Assembly (NCBI GenBank): GCA_002269645.1
Contig: NIVC01000952.1
Coordinates: 338,967 to 402,966 of the forward strand
From: Macrostomum lignano
Lineage: Eukaryota
Length of the DNA stretch: 64,000 bases
Direction of reading: 5' to 3'
Below, piece after piece: positions 14,340 through 26,130 of the stretch. Position numbers and translations under genes: made by a program. The notes under the pieces are model-generated. The model worked only from the letters and a program-made list of their open reading frames with translations. It searched no databases and was not told the origin of the DNA. Every line of letters begins with the position of its first letter. The first letter of the stretch is position 1.

Positions 14340-15780
14340 ACGCGGCTCGGCAATTCTGCAAAAGTTCAAGTTTTCAAACTGAAAATGAGCAAACTTACTA
14401 CAGCTTCATAGTTTAATCAGTCACTTCTACAGCTGCAGTGTCCTCTGTACAGTCCACGGAGGGTTTCCAGTTCGTCTGCATAGCCAACCAATCAAATCAA
14501 GTCTAGCCTGCCTTTTAAGCTGGGCAAGGAAGCTATGCTAAAATAAACTAGCTCGTATAGTCACGTGACACAGTCAGCTACACTTATATTTAGCTATGCT
14601 CAAGCAAACTTTAGTCACGTGACACAGTCAGCTACACTTATATTTAGCTATGCTCAAGCAAACGTTAGTCACGTGACACAGTCTGCTACACTTATATTTA
14701 GCTATGCTCAAGCAAACTTTAGTCACGTGACACAGTCAGCTACACTTATATTTAGCTATGCTCAAGCAAACTTTAGTCACGTGACACAGTCTGCTACACT
14801 TATATTTAGCTATGCTCAAGCAAACTTTAGTCACGTGATGACACAGTAAGCTACACTTATATTTAGCCATGCTCAAGCAGACTTTAGTCACGTGACACAG
14901 TCTGCTGTACAGTATATTTACGGTAGCTATGCTCAAACAAACTAGTCACGTGAAACAGTCTTCTGCTACACTTATTTAGCTATGCTCAAACAAACTATAG
15001 TCACGTGACACAGTCTGCTACATTATATTTAGCTATGCTCAAACTAGTTAGTCACGTGACACAGTCTGCTACATTATATTTAGCTATGCTCAAACTAGTT
15101 AGTCACGTGACACAGTCTTCTGCTACACGTATTTAGCTATGCTCAAACAAACTATAGTCACGTGACACAGTCTGCTACATTATATTTAGCTATGCTCAAA
15201 CTAGTTAGTCATGTGACACAGTCTGCTACATTATATTTAGCTATGCTCAAACTAGTTAGTCACGTGACACAGTCTGCTACATTATATTTAGCTATGCTCA
15301 AACTAGTTAGTCACGTGACACAGTCTGATACATTATATTTAGCTATGCTCATAATCTACTACTCGTAGGACTAGTATTAGCCGTGGATGCCTTGGCTTCT
15401 CAATCGCCTCCAATCCAACTGTGTTGGTTGGCACACTAATTTGTTCTCCTTTCAACTGCTCAGCCGACGAGCTTTCGGCAGACGAATCGAATGGAACCTT
15501 ATAGTCCACGAAGTGCAGGTTGGCAATCGAAGGCAAACAATTGAGTTTATGAGCAATTGAACTTATTTTGTCATGGAAGCACAGCTAGCCCTGTCTTATA
15601 TATCCTAATCAATCTGTGCTTTTCCGTCGCGTACTTTTGTTGAAAGACCATCGACGGCCCGAGTAAACCGAGTAGGCGTGGCGATGCCCGCAATTCATTT
15701 CTCACTGCGCTGTCTGTGCACTGTTTTTAATAGTCATCGCATCGCACTGGACATTCGCTGCCTGCACGAATATTGAATTG
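14340..15780. mobile_element. Dispersed ~1-kb non-coding repeat (copy A) with an internal tandem expansion
   Basis: Collinear blocks shared with 31925-32900, e.g. GGCTCGGCA..TTCAAGTTTTCAAA, AGTTTAATCAGTCACTTC, GAGTAGGCGTGGCGATGCCCGCAA. Confidence 0.75.
14560..15345. repeat. 51-54-bp minisatellite, 15 units, each with an E-box-type palindrome (12 perfect GTCACGTGAC)
   Basis: Counted directly. Left units are 54 bp; right units are mostly 51 bp. Confidence 0.95.
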
Positions 15781-15834
15781 GCTTCGTTACTCGATTCTGT
15801 AAGACATTTGCGGCAAAGTAGGTTCACACAATAA

Positions 15835-16224
15835 GAACTGACAGGAAATCAGCTCACAATAAGCTTCGGGAGCTCACAAAAAGCTTAGGGAGCTCACAAT
15901 AAGCTTAGGGAGCTCACAATAAGCTTGGGGAGCTCACAATAGGCTTAGGGAACTGACTAGAAATCTGCTTACAATCAGCTTGAGGAGCTTACAATCTAGG
16001 CTTAGGGAACTGACAGGAAATCAGCTCACAATAAGCTTGGGGAGCTCACAATAGGCTTAGGGAACTGACAGGAAATCTCCTCACAATGGGCTTGGGAAAC
16101 TGACAGGAAATCTGCTCACAATCAGCTTGGGAAACTGACAGGAAATCTGCTCACAATCAGCTTGGGAAACTGACAGGAAGTCTGCTCACAATCAGCTTGG
16201 GAAACTGACAGGAAATGTGCTCAC
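15835..16224. repeat. 20/35-bp minisatellite (CTGACAGGAAATCTGCTCACAATCAGCTTGGGAAA); resumes at 19622-19740
   Basis: The same units flank both sides of the Gypsy fragment. Confidence 0.9.
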
Positions 16225-19200
16225 TGTAGTGACTGACGCGAGAGACAGAAGTTTAGCTGAACCAAAAGCTTACGGCCTCGACTTGGGCGTGGGGTGCGAT
16301 TATACTCGTATATTTCAGCTCAAAGCTCTGTAATCGATTGCTCTAGAATAAGTGTACATCCAGGATGCAATTTACACAGGAGTTAAAATCCACGTGCCGA
16401 GAAAGGGGGGGGGGGTGCCGAGTACAACATCTTTCCCCTTCGCGGAGATTAACGGAGTAAAATCGAATTCAAGAAAATTAATGTCATGCAAAAAAACAGA
16501 GGTTTATATGTTGGTTGGTCGCCAGTTTTGCACGAAAAAAAATTCCGGTCCTATAATTGGGTTGCGGTAGTTTGCAGCTTCTTGGATGCGGACGGTTCGC
16601 GATTTGCAGCTCCCTCGCACCCTCTGCGGCCGGCGGCGGTGCTGGAGCGGCCGTCTGGTCGCCTTCTGGATCGCCGGTTCGTCTGGTCCGTCTCCTGTTG
16701 GCCGCTCTGGCAGTCGCTTGACGTCGCTGACGTGGCGCATGCAGTTGTTGCCGCCCGTGCTCTCCAGGATGACAGAATCGCCTTTGACCTCCGTGACTGT
16801 CCAGGGCTGAATTTCAAATGGCGTATCCGTTTTCGATGGCTGGATTTTTCTTCGGAGGACTTTATCGCCAGCTTGGATGCGATGCTCTGCGGCTGATCTT
16901 GTCGCGTCGGCGTAGTGCTTCATGGCGGCCTTGTACTGACGGTCTCTGTTCCTGACTGTCTTTGCTGGAGCCTGCGGCTTGACTCCTGGAATGCAGTCTT
17001 AGACTGGTCTCCCGAACATCAGGTCGGCTGGGGCGACTCCTGTGGCCGTGTGCGGAGTGCTGCGGTACGCGGCAAGCCACTCCTGCAATGTCGTCCTCCA
17101 GTCGGTTCCTTGGGCGTTGCAGGAGATGCGGAGCAGCTTGTTCAGGGACCTGTTGATTCGCTCGGTAATGCCATTATCCTCGGGATGGTACGGTGTGATG
17201 CGCCTGTGGCTGATTCCGTAGCTTGTGACGAAACTCCTGAAGGCTTCGATGTGAATGTCGGACCGTTGTCCGTCACGATCCGCTAAGGAATCCCGAAGGT
17301 CGCGAAGACCTGCTGTAACTGTCTGGTGGTGCGGTCAGCTGTGATCGACTTCATCGCCACGACGATGGGGTAGCGCGAGTAGTAGTCGATGATCACCAGG
17401 AAATGTCGCCCGTTGGCAGGTCCAAGAAAGTCGATGCCGATGGTGGACCAGGCAGACTCAGGCAGTTGCAGTTCAGTCGGTTTGCAGTGGGGCTTCCCCT
17501 TGACTGCCGCTTGATGGTTAGTGGCTGCACATTCCAGGCACTGTGCCACCAGTTGCTTGGCCTCAGCTGGACATTCCGGGCCACCAGACTTTGGAGTTGA
17601 GTCGGCACAGTGTTTTGGTCTCGCCTTGATGTCCTTGGTGAGCCAGCTGGAGGACAGCTGGCCGCTGGGCTTTTGGGATTACGAATCTTTGGTCTCGCAG
17701 CAGCACGCCAGGAGCCTCTGTCAACTCGTGCCTGGCGGCGTGCAGTCGTCGGATGCTGCCATGCCGCAGATCCCAATTGCCTGCTCTCAACGATGACAGA
17801 ACAGTCGATAGAATGGCATCACGGGCCGTGGCTTCCCGAACCTGATGCAAGGACAGGCCTCTCGGCGTCGCCGCTTGCGCGATCGCTGCCGATGAAGTTT
17901 GAGTCCAGGATCTCGCCGATGTTGATCGATGTCGGAGCGCGCTCTGGCTGCCGGCTGAGGATGTCGCTCGGCTTGAACGGGCCTGGCCGATAGATGACGC
18001 TGAACTGCATGTCCTGGATGCTGAGTGCCATGCGTTCGATGCGTGGAGGTGGGCGCGACTCGGGCTTGAGCATGACGGTCAGCGGCTTGTGGTCGGTGAC
18101 GACGGTGATTTTGGCGGCGCCGCTAGGGCTCTGCTTGCGAATGCAACCGGCTTGGATGAGCCGTCGGACTGAATCTGGCAGAGAATGGCGCCGAGTCCGA
18201 TGGGGCTGGCGTCGACAACGAGTTCGGTATGCCGGTGCTTGTCGAAGAAGACCAGTGTGCTGTCAACTGCGATGCAATCTCGGACTTCTTGGAAAGCCTT
18301 GGCCTGCTGCTTGCCCCACTGCCAGCTTGCACTCTTCTTGGTCAGGTCTTCGTCATGTCCGCCAGGCCTGGCATGAAGCGACTGACAAACGTAATCAGAC
18401 CGAGGAAGGAGCGGACTTCTGAGGCGTTCGTTGGCTCTTTGAAGCTTTTGATCGCCGACACCTTGGCTTCAGCTGGCTGGATCCCTTTTGCCGACAGTCG
18501 CATGGCCAGGAAGTTGACCTCCGGCACCGCGAATTTGCACTTGGACGGGTTGAGAGTCAGGCCGTGTCCCTGAAGACGTTGAAAGCAGCTGGCTAGGCGA
18601 CTGTTGTGCTCCAGGATGTCGCGGGCATACACGATAATGTCGTCGTGCACCATCTCACTCCTGGCAGGCCACTGAATACTGTAGACATCACACGCTGTAG
18701 AATTTCTGAAGCCGACGTGAAGCCCATGCAGAGGCGCGTGAGCCTCACTAGGTCCAGTGGTGTCGACAAGGTCAGAAACTTGCGTGACTCCTGATCGACC
18801 TTGATTTGGTGAAAGGCTTTGTTAAAATCTAGCTCCGAAAAAAGTGTGAGCCGGCCATTTCGTCTTCAAAGGTCGGAATCAGCTGCTTCTCTGGCACTAC
18901 GTATTGATTGAGGTCTCGAAGGTCTTGGGTGATTTGCACCTGGTTCGGAGTGCTTTTTGGTACGACTATCATTCTAGCGACCCATTCGGAGGCTCGGATA
19001 CTCGCTCAATGATGCCTTCGCTGAGCTGGGCGTTGACCTCTTTGATGGCTGCGTCTCGTAGGTGGATTGGCACGACTAGGCGGGTGGCACACTGGGATAG
19101 CGTTGTCCTTGAGTCGGATGCTCACTTCGAGGTCCTTGACGCAGCCTACTCCTTGGAAGAGCGCCCAGTGCTTTTTGAGGATGTTGTCAAGCTGGAGGTT

Positions 19201-19620
19201 TGCCGGAAGGTCAGCCGAGTTGGCCTCCGGACTCGAGGACTCCCCTTTGCCTTGCCGGCACTCCCGATGCTGCTGATGTGGGGTTCCGGTGCCGGACCCA
19301 CTCGTAGTACTCTAAACTTCTCGCTCGTTGCCCTTCCGAGAATGGTGACGCCCGGGTCTTGCACTACTGTGAAGTCCACTACTTCCTCGAGACCGCTGAT
19401 TTTGACAAGGAGCTCAGCTCTGCCAGCGGTCGCCAGTGGTGTCTTCGAGCCGAACGGGTACAGCTGCCGTGCTGATCGAAGCAGTTGTGTTTTCGCTGTT
19501 TTGAGATCTTGAAAAGTCGCCCGGTCGATGACGTTGCAGCTGGCGCCGCTATCGATGAGCGCCTCGACCCGCTTACGGTTGAAACAGATGCTCATCAGCA
19601 GCAGCTTGTTCGCAGTCAGG
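16225..19620 (-). mobile_element. 5'-truncated, frameshifted Ty3/Gypsy LTR retrotransposon (Mag/K02A2.6-like pol)
   Basis: Order protease (ALIDSGAS, 19595-19146), RT (VHDDIIVY, ~18650), RNase H, integrase (HQGHQG..KVWWPGM; IGIDFLGP; TDNGP), C-terminus 16923-16504. PPT GAAGGGGAAAGA at ~16430-16441; 3' LTR 16225-16429 (TGTTG...CTACA on minus). gag and 5' LTR are absent. Confidence 0.92.
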
Positions 19621-19744
19621 CAGAAGACAGGAAATCAGCTCACAATCAGCTTGGGGAGCTCACAATCAGCTTGGGAAACTGACAGGAAATCTGCTCACAA
19701 TGAGCTGGGAGAACTGACAGGAAATCTGCTCACAATAAGCGATG

Positions 19745-20095
19745 CAAATGACTTCCATATAAACCTGAAAACCTCTTAGACCAATCGTCTCTATGATTAA
19801 CACCGCTGAATATGAGCTGACCAAGTATCTGGATTCCCTCATCAAGCCTCTCATTCCGTCTGAGTTCACTTCGAAGTCCAACTGTAACTTCCTTAACGAC
19901 CTTCAACGCTCGTGTCCTGTTACCAAGAGATCTGACACTCTCTGTAGCTTCGATGTTGTCTCTCTTTTCACTAATATCCCTCTCGGGCTGGCTATTGACC
20001 TTGCCAATGAGCTTGTGTACAAAGGGAATCCCCCTACCATGCCCAAGGCCTCTTTCAAGAAACTGCTCTTCAACAGGGCTCGCCAGTTATTTGTT
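19745..20095 (+). mobile_element. Penelope-like element reverse transcriptase fragment
   Basis: RPIVSMINTAEYELTKYLDSLIKP...LCSFDVVSLFTNIP matches PLE RT motifs. Confidence 0.8.
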
Positions 20096-20319
20096 TGTGA
20101 ACCCCTTCTTAAATGAAAATTACAGCGAGTCCCGAGCCTTAAACAACTGAAAGTGACTTGCGCTACTTGGCGCAGAAGCTTAATGCCACGGCCGTAATGC
20201 TGATGCGCTGTGACTAGAGTGTAAGAAGATTCAGCAGAAACAGCGGCTATCAATCATTGATCAAAAAGTGAAGGGAAGAAAAGGATTTTTGCACTAGATG
20301 AGAAAAGGATTATTACACC

Positions 20320-20830
20320 AGCTACTTGCTATCTGGGATGTGCTTGCTATCTGGGGGGATGCTTTTCTAGCTGGGGGGAGGGGGTGCTTGGTATTTGGGG
20401 TGCTTGCTACCAAGGGATGCTTGCTACTTCAGTATCTGGGGATTGCTTGCTATATGGGGAATGCTTGGTTTTTTGGAGGGGGTTGCTTGCTACCAGGGGG
20501 GATGCTTGCTATTTGGGAGGGGATTGCTTGCTACCAGGGGGGATGCTTGCTATTTGGGAGGGGATTGCTTGCTACCAGGGGGGATGCTTGCTATTTGGGA
20601 GGGGGGGTGCTTGCTATCTGGGAGATGATTGCTATCTGGCATATGCTATCTAGGGATGCTTGCTATCTGGGGTTGGGGGAGGGGGCTGCTTGCTTTTTGG
20701 GGGAGGCCCGGGAGGGTGCTTGCTACCTGGGGGACACTAGCTATCTGTGGGTGCTTGGTTTTGGGGGGGGGGTTTGCTTGCTACCAGGGGATGCTTGCTA
20801 TCGTAGGGATTCTTGCTGTTTAGGAGGGAC
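20320..20830. repeat. Degenerate ~20-bp minisatellite (TGCTTGCTACCAGGGGGGA-like)
   Basis: Directly visible. Confidence 0.85.
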
Positions 20831-20887
20831 GCCTGCTATCTTTGTGAAGGCTTTATTTAAAGCTTAAGATCAACATTTATGGCGAAA

Positions 20888-20925
20888 ACCAACGCGTTTC
20901 AACCCACTAGGGCCGTCCTCAGGGT
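20888..20925 (-). ncRNA. Minimal type I hammerhead ribozyme in PLE 3' UTR/pLTR
   Basis: ACC-CUGAGGA-C-GGCCC(UAGU)GGGUU-GAAA-CGCG-UU-GGU: catalytic core, stem II, palindromic ACGCGU stem III, 3-bp stem I. The GUU cleavage triplet is non-optimal. Confidence 0.65.
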
Positions 20926-22013
20926 ATATTTTATCACTGAACGAAACACTCAATATAAATAAGCAAACGATTGTACTATCTCAAGTGTCAAATTGAAAAC
21001 GGGAGGGTAACCAATGTACGAAAAAACATAAAAAACTGGGGGTTGGAGTTAAGCGAGAATAATGGGAGAGAGAGAGAGAGAAGGCAAACAGATGTAAAAA
21101 AAACAAAATGTACGCGCAACAAAAAATAGTCAAACTCAAAACACCCTAAGAAGGTGGCCCGCACCACTATGTAGCAACTGCACATTGAGACTGGGATTTT
21201 GAGCTTTGATGTGCAGCGCTTCAAGAATGCTAAGCTTGAATTCAGAGTTAGCACGGTCGATAATTTTAAACAATTCAATCTGTTCTCTGTCACAGCAGCC
21301 CTGGCATTCCAGAAGGTGGTCCTGGATAGCAGATTTTTTCAGCCAATGCTCCCTAACTCTGGTGTGCAGGTGTCTTTTGGTTTTTCCCACGTAAGAGATA
21401 TTCTGATCTTCAGAACAACAAAATTTATAGACGACACCTGCAACTAGAGCACGAGGAACACGGGACTTGAGATTGCTGACAAATTGACACACCTTGGCAG
21501 TGCGAAAAACAATCCTAATCGGAGTGTTGTACCATTTCCGAAAAGATCTCTCAAGCTTCTTTTTCAACAAGATAGACGGGATACCATAGAACGGCAAGAT
21601 CATCACGGGGTCATCCGGCTTTTTACTATGATTCTGTTGCAGTCTGCCAGTAACCGTATCAGTGACAAACTTGAGAATCAACCGACTAATGAGATTTTTT
21701 GGGTATCCGTTCATACGTTCATACATGCACATCAAAGCTCAAAATCCCAGTCTCAATGTGCAGTTGCTACATAGTGGTGCGGGCCACCTTCTTAGGGTGT
21801 TTTGAGTTTGATTATTTTTTGTTGCATGTACATTTTGTTTTTTTACATCTGTTTGCCTTCTCTCTCTCTCTCTCCCATTATTCTCGCTTAACTCCAACCC
21901 CCAGTTTTTTATGTTTTTCGTACATTGGTTACCCTCCCGTTTTCAATTTGACACTTGAGATAGTACAATCGTTTGCTTATTTATATTGAGTGTTTCGTTC
22001 AGTGATAAAATAT

Positions 22014-22056
22014 ACCCTGAGGACGGCCCGCCCCTAGTGGGTTGAAACGCGTTGGT
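22014..22056 (+). ncRNA. Minimal type I hammerhead ribozyme in the inverted pLTR copy
   Basis: Same motif as 20888-20925 with a 5-nt longer loop II. Confidence 0.65.
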
Positions 22057-22159
22057 TTTCGCCATAAATGTTGATCTTAAGCTTTATTTATTTGCTATTA
22101 ATTAAGCGAGCAACTCTACCAAAGGCTTTATTTTGTCGTGACCTTTTGTTACTTTAGAA

Positions 22160-22260
22160 AAAAAAGAGATTTAGAGCAAACATCTTTATCCTATCTTTAT
22201 CCTATTTAGAGCAAACATCTTTATCCTATCTTTATCCTATTTAGAGCAAACAATGTTTAT
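22160..22260. repeat. Short 35-bp tandem repeat (TTTAGAGCAAACATCTTTATCCTATCTTTATCCTA)
   Basis: About 2.5 units. Confidence 0.8.
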
Positions 22261-22399
22261 CGTGCATGTATAGGGTGATTTATAAAACTTAAGAAGGAAT
22301 GTGCTTTTGCATAAATATTTTTTGCTATTTGCTTATTGGGCGCCCCTAAGGGGGGCACTAGATTGCTACATGTAAGTTCTAGCAGAAGTTACTCGCAAG

Positions 22400-22535
22400 A
22401 CCCAGCTCCTGTCACATTGCAGTGCTGATGTTCAGCGCCAGTTTAGCATGCTGCAACGCATATTGGAGATCTCCAGTGACATGTTTGAAATCAGCAATGA
22501 CATGGGCATTGACATGACAATGAACTACATGTAAA
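22400..22535 (+). pseudogene. Possible hAT dimerisation-domain fragment
   Basis: Translates as LLSHCSADVQRQFSMLQRI, resembling the hAT C-terminal S.A.VER.FS motif. Short and degenerate. Confidence 0.3.
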
Positions 22536-22859
22536 TCATTCAGTTCTGCCAGTTTTGCCTGTGATTTTGGTGCCAGTGTAACAAATTATTAACTTGAATT
22601 ATCAAATTGAATTGACTAAGTGAAGCCACTTTTTGTACTGGTTCTGGAACTCAGCCACAACCTGCACATACTATATTATGTACTGCGTAATACAAATGCA
22701 GTTTTCAAGCTCCAAGCCGCAGTATATTACTTATAGAAATTACATGTACATGTATATGCGTGCAAATTTTCTTCAGAATTCAGGCTGAGAGCAATTGTTA
22801 TTAAAAGTAAAGAAGAAATAGTAGAGAAGTAGTCTTTTGCTATTTCTTCATATTATAAG

Positions 22860-23130
22860 TAAGGGCAGCTCAACTTATGCACCAGAATGGAGCCCGAAGT
22901 TCAGCTCCAGACGAAACCGACTGCAATCGATAACTTGTCGGCCCAGACGACTAGAATCGCCGAGACATCCCATCCGGCTCCCTTCCTTGGGGTCCCAGGG
23001 GATAAAGGGGATAAGATGGGGATCTCATGTCAACTTAAGGCTCTAGAATGGAGCCCGAAGTTCAGCTCCGGACCAAACCGACTGGAATCGATTACTTGTC
23101 GGTCCAGACGACTAGAATCGCCGAGACATC
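22860..23130 (+). repeat. 161-bp-period repeat; inverted partner at 26995-27195
   Basis: AGAATGGAGCCC recurs at ~22885 and ~23046; its reverse complement recurs at 27000 and 27161. Confidence 0.85.
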
Positions 23131-23139
23131 CGCTGTGCC

Positions 23140-24000
23140 ACTATGTTCCGCTATGTCGTTGAGTGCTGCTTTGCTGCCATTAAGCAAGACAAATGTGTTA
23201 ACGAGAGGCACAAACCGTATCAGTGGCTGCAGTCAGCCGGCTTAAGCGAGCGCAGCCGATAAGACGTTGTTATCGAGAACTCAATGGCAAAGTACAACCG
23301 GGCGCATCCAGGTTTTGAATCATTTAAACAGCTGCCACCGTCATGGACAGGGCTATCGTTGTTCGAATTCGATCAGAATTTCATGCGCCTAGTGCTCTTG
23401 TCCAACGAAATGGACGAAATTGAGCAGCTGCACTTTAACTGTGATCTGACGCGTGTTCGCGAATTTGACAAAGGTTTCGGTGGGTCCGTATCAACTAAAT
23501 CAAGCCGATGCTTACATTCAAAACATTCGTGTCAAAGAGGTTCTCGGTAGCTACGAAGGTGACTCCTGGAGAGACTTTGAGTCGCTCACATCCGAACTTC
23601 CGAGCCGCCTGAAGTGTTGGAAGTTTCGGCAAAAGACGCAGCCAGAAAACTGGAGCAACCGATTCGGTCGGTGGCATCCGTCTTGATTTTTCTAGCTGTC
23701 GTTTTCTCGCGCCATAATTCGAAATCCTACCGCGTGATTCTCAGAGTGTGACACAACGGAGCGGACAATCGCTTTGGTTTTAGAGATCCAGGATTGCAAC
23801 TTCTTCATGGCTACTACTCGTCTGCAAAAGCTGGAAGTAGGACTGCAGGCTGCGATTGTCATGTAATGGCAGTGCTCAAACTTCTTGGCTGCTACACTTA
23901 CCACCAAGATAGCTATCGAAGGTCTGGTGCTAGCCTTCGCTTTGTTGATTTCGCTCTTCCACGCAGCCTTGTTGCCAGACTTTATGCCAGAGAAAATGCT
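23140..24000 (+). pseudogene. Degenerate ISL2EU/PIF-Harbinger-like DDE transposase C-terminal part with SWIM-like finger
   Basis: Frameshifted R..IE..NGKVQ-like motif near 23265, VSVGPYQLNQADAYI, and GYYSSAKAGSRTAGCDCHVMAVL (cf. G.YC.CK.G.R..GCC.H). Confidence 0.55.
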
Positions 24001-25374
24001 TTACCACAGCAGCGGAAGCCTACTGAGCAACAGTCTAGCGGCCAGCTAGCAGCAGCTCACGATCCAAGCCTCAGTCTTCAAGAGTCTTTGGTCTTCAAAA
24101 CCATGGTCAGCAGTGTTACGCAATTGTTGTTGCACTGTTTCACTGCATCAGCAGCAAAGTCCAGCTCTTTCAGCCGGTCAGAGGTGGGGCAGTGAACACC
24201 GCAATGACCAACCTGATAACGTCTATGGCGACTGAGCAAGCGTAGGTCAACTTGTCGAAGCCATCCGAAGCCGATATCCGCAGCAGTTTGCGCCGAGACA
24301 GCAACACTGCATGAACGAGGTGCTACAGCGCATTCTGCCAGAGTTGCAGCTGCAGCGTCATTGCCTAAGCGAATTTACACTCGTACATGCGGTAGTTGCC
24401 TGACTAGCAACGGAGGAGCTGCTCTTAGGAGTTCTGGACAATCGTATCCTCAGCATCTCCTTTTCAACCGCACTGTTAACTCTAGACGGTCTCTACGCTG
24501 CTTTTACGACACCAAAGCACGTCCCACGCACCAACACCAACTGTTCAGCTGATAGTGTGCAGGAGGTTCAGGTCTCTAACGGCAGAGTGACCCTGATGCA
24601 TATAGATCGCATTGGAACCGATGGTCAAAAACTGAATACACAAGTCTGTTGGACAAGCCGAGCAGGTAACATCTCCAGCTTGGGATGTCCAATATTCACA
24701 GTGTCCCATTACGGTAGTACGCCCTTGGAAGGGCAATATACATTTTGTGTCCTGAAAGTTGGAGTATGGAATAAGCTGGACGACATTGGAGTTCAGAGAA
24801 ATGATGAGGACGCACTTTTTCCCAAATCCCGCGCTAGCACATGGGCTCTAAACTTACCAGCCTACTAACAGTGGGCAATGGGTATTTTTATCATTTTTCT
24901 GCGAATTGTCATAGAGTCTATACTAGATATAATGTTTGGTCATGCTAGTAGTCATAATAACATAGGCGCAGCTTTTTGGGTCATAAATCATCGCTTTCGA
25001 AGCTGGTCTGACAGCCACCTGCGCCTCACTCAGGGTTGAGGCGGGCGCCAGATGGTCTGAGAGGATGCGGGCGCCAGATGGTCTGAGAGGATGCGGGCGG
25101 TAGCTTTTTTCTCATCATTTTGACAGGCCATCAAGATTTATGAGGTCAGAGCCTATTGTTCGTGTTCACTCAAGCGTGTGACAGCTTTGACAGCTATGCG
25201 TTTTACCCCTAAAAGTACTTTGGGATTAGCGATTAGTGATTTCTCTTCATTATCTTCACTTTCTATTTAATAAGAGCTTTCTAATGTATATTTTTTCATT
25301 AATTTCTGTCAGTCCTACGCGAAAAGTCATAAATCATTTTGTTGCGATTTTGATTGATTTATGGCCGCACCTGT

Positions 25375-26130
25375 CATCTTTTTACGACCCTGTGGGAACA
25401 GATAGGATCTCACGGTCACGTGATTCTGGGTAGCAACAAGCTTAGCCAATCAGAAAATTCGGCGCTCATTTTAACAAATCGGCTCAGCCAATCAGAATCG
25501 ACGTGTTCCATTATAACAAACTGCGGTCCAGTTGGCGGCTATTTAAACCGGTGTTTTTGGCCCGCTTGGGCCAAACGCTTCTCTACTCCTCCTGGGACCT
25601 TAGCCTAGATTGAGACGTCCCGGAGCGTGACTGTCGTCTCTTGATCCCCGGATTGCGACCTCCCCCATCATCATCAAGGACGAGTCCCCCCGGTCATCAG
25701 CAGCGAACATCAAAGTTAAGAGCATCACCTGCTAGCTATCTGCGAAGATTGTGACATCAGCACCATCCCGGGTCTACAGCTGCGAAGCACTAAGCCGATT
25801 CGGTCACTGTGAATTACCTGGTCTCCGGCTGTTGAGTTTCTGATTGGTTGGGTGAGAGGCTGCCTAGACTTGCTTGATTGGGTGATTCCTTACCTGTCCC
25901 CTATTTCAGTAGCTGGATTAGGCGCACACTTTTGCTCTTTTTGTTCAGTAATGCTGCTGCTGAGGCAGAAGTCATTCAATAATACTGCTAGTAGTCTAAA
26001 ACTCCAATTCAATCTGAAGTGTGAAGTGATCTAAGGAGAAGGTTAAATCTAACAGTTATTTTTATCGGTTTTATTTCTTTGTTCGCCGATGGCTCAGATG
26101 AGTAGCTAAGCTAGTAGGCGCCGGTTACAG
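25375..26130 (+). promoter_or_regulatory. Promoter-like/solo-LTR-like segment
   Basis: E-box GTCACGTGA, two AGCCAATCAG boxes (~25445, ~25487), TATTTAAA (~25541); ends in GGCGCCGGTTACA. No TSD or partner LTR found. Confidence 0.3.

Larger units (their letters stand above)
20858..22086 (-). mobile_element. 5'-truncated Penelope-like element: RT-thumb/GIY-YIG endonuclease plus inverted pseudo-LTR
   Basis: ORF 21735-21136 has SYVGKTKRHLHTRVREH..SAIQDH...LSILEALHIKAQNPSLN. Arms 20858-21215 and 21726-22086 are near-identical inverted repeats. Confidence 0.9.

Noticed and set aside
14560-15345. CRISPR-like array (also considered for the 29-, 16- and 35-bp arrays)
   Set aside because: Units are contiguous without unique spacers, there are no cas genes, and the context is eukaryotic.
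15880-16070. Telomeric TTAGGG repeats
   Set aside because: Isolated hexamers inside 20/35-bp units, not a telomeric array.
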